This document shows positions 11,671 through 24,625 of a DNA stretch of 64,000 nucleotides, piece after piece (the first letter of the stretch is position 1; every line of letters begins with the position of its first letter). The notes below the pieces were generated by a model that saw only the letters and a list, made by a program, of their open reading frames with translations, had not been told where the DNA came from and did no database searches. Both the position numbers and the translations under genes were made by a program. This stretch comes from Sphaerodactylus townsendi. Its lineage: Eukaryota. The DNA lies in NCBI RefSeq assembly GCF_021028975.2, contig NC_059429.1, forward strand, positions 5,084,001-5,148,000, in the 5' to 3' direction.

Positions 11671-11834
11671 TAACATGATGAACAATTCCAAGAGAAGGCT
11701 ACATCTCCCAGCCTTCAAAACCTACCAGCCAGCTTGCCTCTACAGACTGCTGGACAGGGTGAATAAAGACATCTAACAGAGCAGCCCGCAGCCTTTGAAG
11801 GAGAAAAACCTTGAGAGGGCCTGATTAAGAAAAA

Positions 11835-12490
11835 TGAACATAAGAACATAAGAACAAGCCAGCTGGATCAGACCAGAGCCCATCTAGTCCAGCTCTCTGC
11901 TACTCGCAGTGGCCCACCAGGTGCCTTTGGGAGCTCACATGCAGGAGGTGAAAGCAAGGGCCTTCTGCTGCTGCTGCTGCTGCTGCTGAGCACCTGGTCT
12001 GCGAAGGCATTTTCAATCTCAGAACAAGGAGGATCAAGATTGGTAGCCATAGATCGACTTCTCCTCCATAAATCGGTCCAAGCCCCTTTTAAAGCTATCC
12101 GGGTTAGAAGCCATCACCACCTCCTGTGGCAGCATGATTCCAAACACCAATCACCGCGTTAGCGTGAAGAAGTGATTTCCCTTTGATTAGTCCTAATTCT
12201 TCCCCCCAGCATTTTCAATGGATGCCCCCTGGTTCTAGTACTGTGAGAAAGAGAGAAAATTTTATCTCTGCCAACATTTTCTACCCCATGCATAATTTTA
12301 TAAACTTCAATCATATCCCCCCTCAGCCGTCTCCTCTCCGAACTAAAGAGTCCCAAACGCTGCAGCCTCTCCTCATAAGGAAGGTGCTCCAGTCCCTCAA
12401 TCATCCTCGTTGCCCTTCTCTGCACTTTTTCTATCTCCTCAATATCCTTTTTGAGATGTGGCGACCAGAACTGGACACAGTACTCCAAAT
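11835..12490 (-). mobile_element. CR1 LINE 3' end
   Basis: EYCVQFWSPHLKKDIEEIEKVQRRATRMI...RRLRGDMIEVYKIM; (ataagaac)n tail. Confidence 0.92.
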
Positions 12491-13433
12491 GCTTCTGTTC
12501 TTGAGAAAAGTTCAGGCTCTGTGCTCATGTGTAGAAGGGGAAAAGGAGACCCAAATTCAAGCCTCAGCACCTCCAGTTAAAAGGATCTCTGGAATCAGGT
12601 GCTGGAAAGGCTGTTCCCTGCCTGGAGCCTCGGAGAACAACTGCTCGTCGGAGGGGAGCGTACTGAGCGAGAATGACCAAGAGATGGACTCAACTAACTG
12701 CACCTGCAGAAGACAGGAGGGGCAGTGGCTCACTGGGAAAGCATTCCCCTGGCATGAAAAAAGGTCTCAGGCTCAGTTCCCAGTAGCGCTTCCTTTAAAA
12801 AGGGACCGGGCAGCAGTTGATAGGACAAGCCTCTGCCAGAGGTCCTGCAGAGCCACTGCTAGGCTGAGCAGACGACACTAACTGTGATGGCCAAAGAGCA
12901 TTCAGGATAGGGCAGTTCTGTATGTTCAGTTGCACGAGAAGGACTGTACAGGGGGAAAACAGGCAACATCCTGAGCCTTTGGGGGAGGGCGGTATATAAA
13001 TATGATAGATAAACAAACAAACAAACAAACAAACAAGGGATTCCCCACTGATTCTGGTTCTGCTTGTAATTAGACCCAGAACACTTTCAGAGATGGGGAG
13101 ACGCGAGCACACACCACAGTCCCGTGTCTTTCTACGTGCTAACAAGGAAGCAGACAATGGAGACTGCTGTTCCACTGGCCACGCAGGCCTCCCAATCAAC
13201 TCTGGAAGAGCACAGTTTCAGGCAAGGGGCGAGAAAGTGAAGTAGAAGTCCTGCCCCCCGCCCCCCCAATTGGTTGCACACGGCAACTCTTCCTGCCCAG
13301 AGGAAAGCGGAAGGGGGCGGTAACCTCATCCTCCCACTCCAAAGCTGACCCAAACCCCAACTCCCAGCTGCACAGGGCATGGTTCCCCCACGGGAAAGCC
13401 CCCTGCTCTCAGCTGCCCCCTGGGAACCAATAC

Positions 13434-13679
13434 CTTGTTATACAAGAACACCCCAAGGATGGCCGTCATCATGCCCAGCACGTTAGTGGTGGTCACTGGG
13501 TTGCGCAGCATGATCAAGGAGACGGTAATGACGGTGATCCTCTTTGTGGCATTTGCAACGGAGTAGCTCAGCGGGCTGATGAGACTCAGGATGCTGAAGG
13601 CAATGACATTCTGGGCAAAGTTGCAGAAGCCGCTGACAGCCAGGAGGAGGATGGTCCAAGGCCAGCGCGCCATCGAACT
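13434..13679 (-). CDS. SLC35E1: SLC35E1 exon 5 (SSMARWPWT...GVFLYNK)
   Basis: 246 nt, CAG/GT boundaries; near-identical to the human SLC35E1 segment. Confidence 0.95.
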
Positions 13680-14536
13680 CTGCAAGGAAGTGCCAGAGCA
13701 GCAACAAGGTGAGGACTGGGGAGATGCGAGTGCAAACACTTTACAGACAAATTCAACCCGGCTTAAATATTACAAAGAACAGCAAAAGGTTCGGCGAAAA
13801 CCCAACAAAAACAGCCCAATGCAAGGAATACTGCAAATAAATTTGTAATGGCTATATTCTAGTCACAGCTATGAATGTCATTATGTAAATGTACAATTAA
13901 GTAAAGCAAAAACATTCATCTACATCAGCACAAATAAATCGAACGTCTCATTGTGAGGATAATTCACATCAAGTCTCTGTATGATGAAGCCACCATAAGC
14001 TCACCACACCGCCAAAGAGCGTTGGAAAGGAGTCCAAATGTCCACCGCCAGTTATTTTTACCATGTGGCTAACAAAGGCAAAAAGTCCAAAGTCTCGGCG
14101 TTCAGAGAATAATGGGAACGTACTGCAGTGACAATGATCAGCAAAACACATACGCTCTTCTGTAGAGTTTTCGCAATTCCTCTTCAGTGCATTATTGCTG
14201 CAATAATACTTCCCGAAATCCTTTCAATTATTGCATATATTTCCAATCCGTCCTACGAATCCTTCATTAGGTGTTACCTCTTGGAAACGTAGCGGTTCCT
14301 ACATTGCAGCAATAATGCACTGATCCCCCTGCCGGGCAGCCCTTCACATACGTATGTGTGCATGCACGTAGCATCAGGGTTTCCATTCACTCCAACTGAG
14401 ACTGCCTCTACAGTTATTTGGATTTTAAATAACTGCCGTGCTTTTCTGCATATCCTTCTGTCTGTCATCTTTCAAAGAAGAACTTATTCAGATAACCCAG
14501 GCTTGGGTTCAGCGCTGGCTCTGGAAACCGGAAGCC

Positions 14537-14864
14537 CAATGCAGAAATGGTTGGAATATATATGGGAGCAAATACAATTAGAAATTTTCGACACAATGTC
14601 AAGAAATCAAATATGGCAAGAAAAACAAAAGGACATGAAGGAGTTTGGATGGAATTTAAAGACTGGCTAAACGAAATTGGAATTACAGAAGAAAAATGGA
14701 CAAGAAGATTGAAAAGAATGGACCTGCTGCTGCGCATCTAAAGAAGAGAAGAAGGAGGGGGAGGGGAAAAAGGGGAAAAAAAGATATGGAGGATGTATAT
14801 AAAGTACACATTATAAATCTGTAATAATTCTGAAATATCAATAAAAAAATATTTTTAAAAAAAA
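14537..14864 (+). mobile_element. 5'-truncated L1-clade insertion
   Basis: 15-bp TSD tggaaaccggaagcc (14522-14536, 14865-14879); ORF2-like C-terminus (KWLEYIWEQIQLE...VWMEFKDWL); AATAAA and A-rich tail. Confidence 0.8.
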
Positions 14865-15018
14865 TGGAAACCGGAAGCCACAAGGCAGAAAGATCAAAGT
14901 TTGCAGCAAGTAACAATAAGGTGCAAGCATCAGAGCTTTGCCCAAACTCCTGGCAGAAACATCCAGACAAGACTAAGGCAGCAGGAGAGTCCAGCCGCTG
15001 AGCCATCCTTGAACTTAC

Positions 15019-15144
15019 CAAGTCATTCTCTACGAGGAAGGAAGAAAGATCAACAAGGACCCACGTTGGGATCATGAAGAACACAGCGTGGCACCCAAGG
15101 ATATTCAGGAGGCGGAGATGGTGTATTCGTGAGTCTCTAAGTAC
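15019..15144 (-). CDS. SLC35E1: SLC35E1 exon 4 (VLRDSRIHH...VENDL)
   Basis: 126 nt, CAG/GTAAG boundaries; protein matches human. Confidence 0.95.
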
Positions 15145-15875
15145 CTGAAAGGCAGAAGAGTGACAACAGACCTTTCTTGAACAATTAGTCCCCCTCCCAC
15201 AAAAAACCAATCATCCTGACAAGACAGCACCATATAACGATGTGCATTGAAAAGGGAAAGAGGGATTCCATTTGATCACCCCAAAAGGCTATGCTGGGGA
15301 TCATTGGACCTGCATGGACATCTGTGTGGGTTGCGGACTGTGATGAGAAGGACAATTGCCACAGCAATGCGTGGCTGGGCCCACTAATAAAATATAATTT
15401 TCTCTGTAGCACTTCGTGGATTTCATAAGCAACACACTATAATTGTTTATACAAAGTGTAAAGATAAAAAACAATATATACAGTGTTATCTTCATTTTAA
15501 ATGTCAAAAAGTATTTGCGGCTCCAAGTGTTTTCTTTTCCGTGGAAAACAGGTCCAAATGGCTCTTTGGGTGTTAAAGGTTGATGATCCCTGGGCTATGC
15601 AAAATCTCAAAGCATCAAGATGATCAATTTAACTTTGTTCCGGCATATATTTTGTTCCAAATGCCTGCAAGACCATGTTGTAACATCAGGGCCTAAAATA
15701 TGTGCTCCCCAGAACACTTGTCTTTATAACAACCGGCCTGCAACTTTAAAGGCCTGCACAATGTTTTGTGTCAATCTGACTGGTCTTAATAAAAGATGCC
15801 ACACTGGGATTTTATTCTCAGTTTTTGGATTCAAAAGTTTCAGACCTTTACGCCTCCGTCCATCTCCCGTATACA

Positions 15876-17140
15876 CAGGGGCGTAACGAGGCAAACTGTA
15901 GCCCTGGGCAAAACCCGAGTTGGATGCCCCCCCCCCCCCCCAATGGTCAGCCACTTCACCATGACCAATTTTTTTTTGCACCAGGACATTGGTGCGTGCA
16001 GGGGATGCATTTTTAGACACATCAGCACTACAATTTCAGCGTATCATCAGGAGACTGTCCTTATGCTATCCCCCAAGTTTGGTGAGGTTTGGTTCAAGAA
16101 GTCCAAAGTTATGGACTCCCAAAGGGGGTGCCCCATCCCCCATTGTTTCCAATGGGAGCTAATAGGAGATGGGGGCTACAGTTTTGAGGGTCCATAACTT
16201 TGGGCCCCTGAATCAAACTGGTATTCAAACCTGAGGGGGGGTATCATTAGGCAGTCTCCTGATGAGACCCTGAAAGTTTTGAGACTGTGCCCCTCAGAAA
16301 TGTGCCCTCCCCAGCTTGCAAACCCCCATTGAGCCAGCAATGCAGAAAAACTCTGTCCGTAGAATTGCAGATTCTTGGGTAAATTTCACAAAATGGAAAA
16401 CCAAGTGAAAGCACTTATTCTCATTGGTGATGCTCTGGGTAGCTGCCCAATTCGTCTAATGGCATTACTAGCGCGTGATACACACAGGCTTAACGAGGCA
16501 AACTGTAGCCCTGGGCAAAACCTGAGTTGGATGCCCCCCCCCCCCCCAATGGTCAAAGCCACTCTACCATGACTCAATTTTTTTTTTTTTGCACTAGGAC
16601 ATTGAAGTGCGTGCAGGGATGCATTTTAGACTACATCAGGCACTATAATTTCAGCGTGACAATGGGAGACTGTCCCATGCTATCCCCAAGTTTTGGTGGT
16701 GAGGTTTGGTTCAAGAAGTCCAAAGTTATGGACTCCCAAAGGGGGTGCCCCATCCCCCATTGTTTCCAATGGGAGCTAATAGGAGATGGGGGCTACAGTT
16801 TTGAGGGTCCATAACTTTTGGCCCCTGAATCAAACTGGTATTCAAACCCTGAGGGGGGGTATCCTAAATTAGGCAGTCTCCTGATGAGACCCTGAAAGTT
16901 TTGAGACTGTGCCCTCAGAAATGTGCCCCCTCCCCCAGCTTGCAACCCCCATTGACAGCAATGCAGAAAACTCAATGTCCGTAGAATTGCAGATTCTTGG
17001 GTAGAATTTCACCAAAATGGAAAACCAAGAAAATACCCAAAATGAAAGCACTTTGATTCTCCATTGGTGATGCTCTGGGTAGCTGCCCAATTCGTCTAAT
17101 GGGCATTAGCTAGTCGCGTGATAATGCCCATGAGGCCCTG
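15876..17140. mobile_element. non-autonomous hAT-like element (family D) containing a ~605-bp tandem duplication
   Basis: Starts caggggcgta; shares internal ccaaagttatggac..ccccattgtttccaatgggagc units with 50834-52088 and 62101-63300. Confidence 0.65.
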
Positions 17141-17227
17141 GTAACAAAGCCCAATCTGGCAAAATCCTGAATTTAAACCCCTGGCACAGATGCAGCCATC
17201 CAGCAGAGGCTGAAATTTGAGAGATAC

Positions 17228-17365
17228 CTTTTTAGAGAAGATATTCTGAAGTGAGAAACAGAGAGTTGCGGCGAGGGCACTCACGAGCCCCCACGTGTCA
17301 AATGACAGCTCTGTGATCGTTGCCAGCAGGACTCCACCAATGATGGGGATGAGAGACAGATAGAC
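17228..17365 (-). CDS. SLC35E1: SLC35E1 exon 3 (VYLSLIPII...NIFSKK)
   Basis: 138 nt, CAG/GT boundaries. Confidence 0.95.
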
Positions 17366-17389
17366 CTGCAAGAGAGAAAAGATGGCTCT

Positions 17390-17620
17390 TAAGAACATAA
17401 GAAGTAGCCTGCTGGATCAGACCAGAGTCCATCTAGTCCAGCACTCATGCAGGATGTGAAAGCAATGGCCTTCTGCTGCTGCTGCTGCTCCTGAGCACCT
17501 GGTCTGCTAAGGCATTTGCAGTCTCAGATCAAGGAGGATCAAGATTGGGAGCCATAAATCGACTTCTCCTCCATAAATCTGTCCAAGCCCTTTTTAAAGC
17601 TATCCAGGTGAGTGGCCATC
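17390..17620 (-). mobile_element. CR1 3' terminal fragment
   Basis: taagaacataaga tail; colinear with 11835-12120. Confidence 0.8.
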
Positions 17621-17751
17621 AAGGGGCAGCTCCCCAAGAAGGGAAGAAGGTCCTTCCACAACAGAAGAGGAGGGCTGGCAGGACACACCCCCCCCCCAAT
17701 TGGCCCATCCCCTAAAGCCTCTTCTGACTGCTAGCAGGGCATTCCTCTTAC

Positions 17752-17822
17752 CTTGGTAGTCTGTTTCTCCTTCATTATGATTCTTGACAGCAAAACCACC
17801 CAAATAGGCATGGTCGCCTTCA
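17752..17822 (-). CDS. SLC35E1: SLC35E1 exon 2 ([24 protein letters not shown])
   Basis: 71 nt, too short for the ORF track; read manually; CAG acceptor and GTAAG donor; phase fits exons 1 and 3. Confidence 0.93.
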
Positions 17823-18149
17823 CTGAAAAGGTGAAGGAGGAGGAAGAAGGGTTAGAAGGGTCAAAAAAGCTGGAAGACAGGTTCAGGCAGCGGGAGGGGG
17901 AAAATCAGCGAAAAGTTGACCCCAGCAGATAGGCCAGCAGAGTGGGGGTTTCAACCCAGGGTTCTGAACGGAGTCATCTTTCCACTGCAAGCACTCTGCA
18001 CGCTGCTCAAGGATACTCATTCTACGGCTCTGGTGGTAGAAAACCCTTCTTCACTCCTCTCAACCCCTCTCTCCCTTCTGATGAAGAAACACAGAGCGCT
18101 GCTCCTGGTTCTCACAAGTCCCAGAAAACCCGGTTCAAATCCCCATCGC

Positions 18150-19100
18150 CCATCTCCCCAGGTGGCCGCCGGCCACCACGCCCTCTCCGACTCCTCCCCT
18201 CCCTCCCTCCCCAGCCACCCCCTCCCGGGCGCGCCCCCGCGTCTCACCGGTGTGGGCGTAGGAGACGGGCACGCGCCAGAGGGAGACGTGGGCGCTGACG
18301 GAGGCGAGGTACTTGCCGAAGGCGAGCGGGAGGATGAGGCGCGGGTAGGCGCGGGGGGGCAGCTGGGCGGGGCCGGCGGCGGGGACGCGCCAGGCGCGCA
18401 GCAGGGGGGGCAGCAGCGCCACCAGGCCCAGGACGTGGCACAGCGAGACGGTCACGGGCCGCGGGAACTCGCCCAGCAGCACCTTGTTCACCACGTTCCC
18501 GCCCGCGCTGAGCGCGTACCACGCCAGGCACAGCGCCGGCACGCGCAGCGGGACCACGCCGCGCGCCCCCGCCGGGGCTGCGGGCGAGGGTGGCGGGGAA
18601 GGCGGCGCAGCCGGAGGGGACGAAGGAAGCCCCGGCGACGCCATCTCCACCGGCGCCGCGGCTGCTGCTGCGCGCGCCTCCCTCGCCGGCGGCCGCGCGC
18701 CCCGCTGCGTCACTTCCGCCCGCCGACAGGAAACAGACGTCCGGCCGGGGCTGCGGGAGGAGGCCGCTCTGGCTTCACGCAGCGATAGAGAGGAAACGGG
18801 TCACGGGGAGGCCCTGCGGCGAAGGGCTCATCAGTGCGCATGCCCAGAGGAGGCCGAGCCAGGGAGCGCGGCGGGTCCTCCTCGGCGGGCCAAGAAGACC
18901 CCCGAGGCCGCCTTTCCCCGCTAAGCGCGCCTCTCCTCCTCCCGTCTGCCCAGGAAGGCCGGGGACCGCGGGGCAGACACGGAGGGGAAGGGTTGGGCAA
19001 CCGGGCAACAGCCGGAAGGAGCTCCGTCCTCCAGAATTCAGTTCCTCTGGGGCTTCCGGGGTGGGGTGGGGGAGTAGTTTTCGCCCCCACGGCAACCCCT
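18150..19100. promoter_or_regulatory. CpG island / SLC35E1 promoter
   Basis: GC/CpG-rich; ETS/half-CRE composite cgtcacttccg near 18708-18718; NRF1-like tgcgcatgc near 18835. Confidence 0.7.
18248..18644 (-). CDS. SLC35E1: SLC35E1 exon 1 (solute carrier 35E1, nucleotide-sugar/triose-phosphate transporter family)
   Basis: ATG at 18644 (MASPG...); [18 protein letters not shown]...[23 protein letters not shown]; GTGAG donor at 18247. Confidence 0.92.
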
Positions 19101-19192
19101 TGGTTCCGGGTAGCGTTGGAAGCAGCGGCCATTTGAATTTGCCTTTGAAAATCAGAGCAGAATGTTAAGGCAACCGGTATTCATTCAAGCAA

Positions 19193-19490
19193 GAAGAAAA
19201 AAGAGTTTGGATTTATATCCCCGCTTTCTCTCCTGTAAAGAGACTCAAAGGGGCTAACAATCTCCATCCCCCCCCCCCCCACACACAAACACCCTGTGAG
19301 GTGGGTGGGGGCTGAGAGAGCTCCGAAGAAGTGTGACTAGCCCAAGGTCACCCAGCTGGCATGTGTGGGAGTGCACAGACTAATCTAGTTCCCCAGATAA
19401 GCCTCAGCTGAAGCAGCGGAGCTGGGAATCAAACCTGATTCCTCCAGATTAGAATGCACCTGTTCTTAACCACTACACCACTGCTGCTCC
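19193..19490 (-). mobile_element. tRNA-derived SINE (Squam3-like)
   Basis: Colinear with the other copies; a further partial copy at about 19843-19992. Confidence 0.8.
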
Positions 19491-20699
19491 TGTTCATTGG
19501 AACCTCCTGCTCATTTTTTTGGTGAGCCTTATTGAAATCATTTTAGAAAAAAGTTGTTTTTTGTTTGACAACAGCAAACAATACCCTTGTCTGGCTCTAA
19601 TCCAGGATTAAAAACTCCAGTTTAATGAAACTACTGGTATTTAAAAACACATATATCCTTAAACATATAAGCCATACATGTAGTGGACAAAATCAATGAG
19701 TCTGGAACACAAACACACACATATACACATGGGAAATCCCTGAACCAATTCACATGCGACAAGTTTTTAAATAGTTTCATTAAAAAGGGGTATTTGTTGC
19801 TGTTGATATTTATACTGTCTTAGACTCCGCTTTGTATTAAACTAGCCCAAGGTCACCCAGCTGGCATGTGTTCAAGTGCACAGGCTAACCTAGTTTCCCA
19901 GATAAGCCTCCACAGTTCACGTGTTAGAGCAGGGAATCAAACCCGGCTCTCCAGATTAGAGTGCACCTGCTCTTAACCATTATGCCACTGCTGCAAAACA
20001 CAGTGGTACAAAACCATGCACAAAAGAGGCTGCTTCTTAAATTTTTATGTTATGTCATGGTAATTGATGTACTTGTGCTGCGTTCTCAGCAGAGTTTCCA
20101 ATGCAGTCTACCATTTAAAGACAATACCTGCTAAAAATATAATGTACAGAACAATGCAGCAGCCTGCAATTAAAAGCCAAAAACCAATTCCACAGGTAGC
20201 AGGAGCACATACAAAAGGAATATCAGTAGCCCGCTACTAAGTCCTTGCTTTAAAAAGGGGGAAACCTTGCTGTTAAAAGTCAGTCTGGTGCCAGCGGGCT
20301 GTCTAATCAGGTGTCGGGGAAGTGCTCACCAAAAGACAAGGCACTGCCCATTGGGACAAGGCCTTCCCAATCTCTGGGAATTCGGACTCCAGTGTTCAAC
20401 CAGGTTTAAGTTTTGCAGGGAGGAAGGGAACAGGCACTCGCATGTCAGCTGGGCCAGCAGCCAGTCCATTCCATCCAGCTCAATCTCTTCAGGTACAATA
20501 AGAACAGCCAAAAGTCTCATCATGCCTGGCTTTACTTAGAAGGAAGTCCCATTAAGCTGAAATGGCCTACTCCCAAATAATGGAGACAGAAGCCTTAAGA
20601 GGACCATACTGATGGCATCTTACAGATGAACAGGCTTACAAGTGATCCAGAACTTTCCCGCCCCCCCTCCTCCCCATCAAGTCACATTTGACTTCCAGA

Positions 20700-20850
20700 A
20701 AGCCACTGAGTTTTCAATGCAAGATGGGTACAGAGACGGTTTCATCACATTGCCTCCGCATCACAACCCTGGTATCCCTTGGAGGTCTCCCATCCTAACA
20801 TTTACCAGGGTCAACTCTGCTTCACTTCTGAGACCTTACAGATCAGGGAT
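20700..20850 (-). mobile_element. old 5S rRNA-derived SINE
   Basis: Minus strand resembles the 5S segment gatctc..gatctcggaagctaagcagggtc...ggatgggagacc; related to 49233-49390. Confidence 0.5.
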
Positions 20851-21873
20851 AGAGCACATATTCTCAAAAGGCAACCCCATGATTAGCAGTTAGTCTGTTG
20901 AAGATGATAGCCTTCTTGTAGCAGAAACTTCTGTGGGCCTCCCTACCGTGCATGAAGGAAAGTGAGGTCTCTTGTGGTCCCTCAAGACTAACAGACACAT
21001 TTGGACAAAAGCTCCTGTGGACTCACCACAACGAACCTGCTAGTTCCACAGACCTCCTTCTGCTATGCAAGGAGCCTACAGGTCCTTGGGAGGCCTCATG
21101 AAGACTGGACAAAGCCGCTTTCATCAGGGGAAACTCCTTGGGCAAACTGACATTGCTGGCAGAATAGGCCCAATGCGTTCAATTCACTAGTTTGATCTGC
21201 CGACGAACGTGTCTGAAGTGCTACATCCTCCAAGTTTATCCTAAACGACCAAGAATCACAAACCATGTTGTATCTCCACACACTGCTGCTGCAAATAGGC
21301 CATTCTGTTCTTATCTTGTAAACATTTCTGTCTTGAACAGTGACGAGGCCCCACTGTTTAATAATCCACTTCTCTATGCCCCTGTGGACGAGCCCTGCGG
21401 GGATATGGGCAGGATATGAATCAAATAAATAAACAAACAGGTCTGCCGTGGGAAAAGACGCTCAGAACTGCATCTTCAGACCTGTTCTTCGCACACCAGG
21501 TCACCTGGCAAAAGGTCTCAGGCAAGTATGCATTGGAAGCTAAGGACATTGTGTTGTGATCCAGAGGAAATGTCTGCTGAAGGATAGGGGATTTTTGCCA
21601 GCTCCCCCTTTATGCTAACCCACTGAGGGCTCCTGGAACAGCTAAAACGTTGTAAGCGACTCTGAAGGTAAAATATAAAACACACTTTTAAGGCTCTGTG
21701 TTGGTTTTGCAGCCACAGGTTAGTGAGTGGCCTATCACTCCACAATTAGCATTGTAAGGGAGCAACCCTGAGCCACAGAAATGCTCATAGCTACTGGAAC
21801 ACCCCAGCAGCACAAGTGGGAGAATGAGGTACCCCGCACCAAGATCTCCATGGTGCCGCGCCCCCCCCCCCCC

Positions 21874-22250
21874 CAGTGGTGGGATCCAAAAATTTTAGTA
21901 ACAGGTTCCCATGGTGGTGGGATTCAAACAGTGGTGTAGCGCCAATGGGGCTGGGCGGGGCACGACGGGGGCGTGACTGGGCATTCTGGGGGCAGGGCAT
22001 TGCTGGGCGGGGCTGTGGCAAGGATGCAGCCGCTGCACTGGTCCTTGGGCGGGAAACGAATGCACGCAGGCGCAGGCTGCCACACACGCCGGTGCACCTC
22101 CTGCTAGACTGCTTCAAGTTCTGTGCGCTACTGCTCAGAGGAGGGGCGTAACTAAGGCAAAAATCACCAATTAGTAACCCCCTCTTGGCACACACAAATA
22201 ATTAGTAACCTACTCTCGGGAACCTGTGAGAACCTGCTGGATCCCACCTC
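21874..22250 (+). mobile_element. non-autonomous hAT-like element (family E)
   Basis: Termini cagtggtgggatcc / ggatcccacctc; homologous to 27887-29326 and 56076-56372. Confidence 0.7.
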
Positions 22251-22789
22251 CCCCCCCCCCCCCCCCGGCAAAGTGATGCACCTACGTTCTGGTGCTGTTT
22301 GCTTGTCTGTGTGACCTCTCCCTTCAGGGACCACAGGACTGTTAAGTGGCAGGAAATTGGAGCCAAAGGAAGCTGCCTCCTCCTTCCCATTTGCCCTCCT
22401 GCAACAGGCTCCTTCACCACAGACTCAGGATGGTTGCCCCTGTTCCTTCTCACCCTGCCTTCAGAGCTTTTTAATATCTTTCTGGATAAACTTAACGGGG
22501 AAGGTTTTTGCCTGGCACGGGAATAACAAGGGATGGGGAAAGTCTCTAACCTGTCGTTTTGCACAGGAAAGAAAAGGGAGGGGGGAGCAGGCAGCTAGCG
22601 ACAGCAAAGAGCTTCTGGCATCACTGCAGCAAGCAAGCTTGACTCTCCCCCCTCAGTCGGAGGCAAGGGAGCATGACCTCCTTTTCACCCAGAAACAGGT
22701 CTGCGATGTCTTGCTTTCTTATCACAGGGCTGAAGGGGGTGGCCGCCCTCACCAAGCACTGAGGAACAAGAGCCTACATGGCTAGAACC

Positions 22790-23135
22790 AGCTGTTTGGG
22801 CCCTGCCGGACCTTGGAGAGTTCCGCAGGGCCTGCAAAACCGAGTTGTTCCACCAGGCCTTTAGAGAGACCAGCCACTGACGGTGCCTCTGCCCCCCGCC
22901 TCTGCCCTCCTCTGCTTATAGGGGTCCCTAACATCATCGGGACCCATTATTCTCTTCTGGGGAGGGTTGTATATGGGTTTGTGGGACATTGTTTTAAAAC
23001 TTGGATGTAATTGTTTTAACTTGGATGTACGTTTTTATATATCATATTTTATATTGTTCACCGCCCTGAGCCCTTCGGGGATAGGGCGGTATATCAAATC
23101 TAATTAATAAACAAACAAACAAACAAACAAATAAA
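22790..23135 (+). mobile_element. L2-clade LINE 3' end
   Basis: FRRACKTELFHQAF-like ORF end; ccgccctgagccc..gggcgg stem-loop; (aaac)n tail. Confidence 0.65.
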
Positions 23136-24625
23136 TAGAACAGGGACCACCCAAAGGCCAAGCCATACACGTAAGTTGCAACATCTGATTTCCCCCCAGG
23201 AAAGAGACATGGAGGCAACCAGTGGAAGCTTCTGCTGACATCCCATTAACAGACAGACCAGATTAACCTTGGCTAAAGGCTAATCCCAGGAATTGGGGTT
23301 TTTTTTGGTGTGTGTGTGGGGGGGGTGTTGAATGCTCAATACAAAATGTAATTTCTGACCAACCACAGAATGAGCTCCAACTTGCTTCTGCCAATATGGT
23401 AAAAACCAGACATATTTCAAAATCCACCTGGACACACACAGGGCAGCAAGTGGAACGACAAATCCCCACGAAACCCAAACAAGATGCAACTCACCAACCA
23501 AAATGCATTTTTATATATATATATATATACAGAAATATAAAAACAACAGTGCGTTTTGTGCAAATTTCGTTTTATTTCCACATTTATATCACAACGTGTC
23601 CACTTAAAGGACCAATAGCAAAGTTGCTCCTTCTGTGTCTCAGGAACACAGAAGTCTAGGTACTGTACATTCACTAAGGCTCTGTTTTTGCAAATCGCAT
23701 TTGTGATGGGTATCCGTAAGGCAAACAATATCTAAAGGAATGGTAACAAGTATATTTCCAGCATACAAACAGGCTCCCATTTCCCCCTTCACAGGACATT
23801 TACAAACTAGTAGCACCCTCGGCCAGTACTTCTCGATTTTTTAAAAAAAGAAACAAACAAAAATCATTCTTCCCTCGCTCCCCCACGTAATGTTCCCAGG
23901 GAGCGCATATGCACGCCGGCTGGTGGGATGCCAGGAGAGCGGTCACATTTTCTGCAGCATCTTTCAGACCGAGCTGACGTAAACCCAGATCCAGCGGCAG
24001 CACCACCTAAGGCAGGCAGGGCTGCAGACTGTCCTCTCCCCTCCCCACCGGACTTGTAGCACAACACATTGTGGCCAACCAAACTTCTGCACCGAGGGAC
24101 TGCTCAGCTGGTGTGCAGCTGCAATGCAAACAAGAGGCAACGGACAGTTCTGCACAGATCGTTTCCCGATATCTCACGGCCATATTATATTTCTTAACAA
24201 GAAAAAAGAAAAACCAAATCAAATACAAATAAATAGACTCACCTAGTGTGTCAATGTTCCACTTCCACAATGCCCGCCTGTGCCTGCCTGTCTTCAGGTT
24301 CTGGCATTCTCAAGAGTGCTGGAAACACCTCTCACCTCGTGGGGACTAACTCTTTAAGGGCTGGCTTGCTAGAGAGTTGGGAACTCTACCATCTCTGTGT
24401 GTTTTTAAATCAACCTTTATTATGCCTTCCTTTGCAAAATGTGTTAGTAAACTGGTGGCAGCTCCTCACAAAAAAAGAGGAACAGCCAGAATCCAGGTCT
24501 TGTACATACCCTCTGCCTGGTAAGCCTGTTTCAGCGCAACGGGGTAGGGTGGGGATTTGGGGGTGGTTCAGCACCTGCCCGTTTTACTATCTGCCAGTGT
24601 AAAAAGCTTCTTAGCAAAACTGTAC

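Noticed and set aside
14183-14323. 21-bp inverted repeat (tcagtgcattattgctgcaat) as a pre-miRNA
   Set aside because: The arms are ~100 nt apart, which fits a decayed palindromic transposon remnant better.
17916-19168. 290-aa and 192-aa plus-strand ORFs
   Set aside because: Antisense shadows of GC-rich SLC35E1 exon 1 and its promoter.
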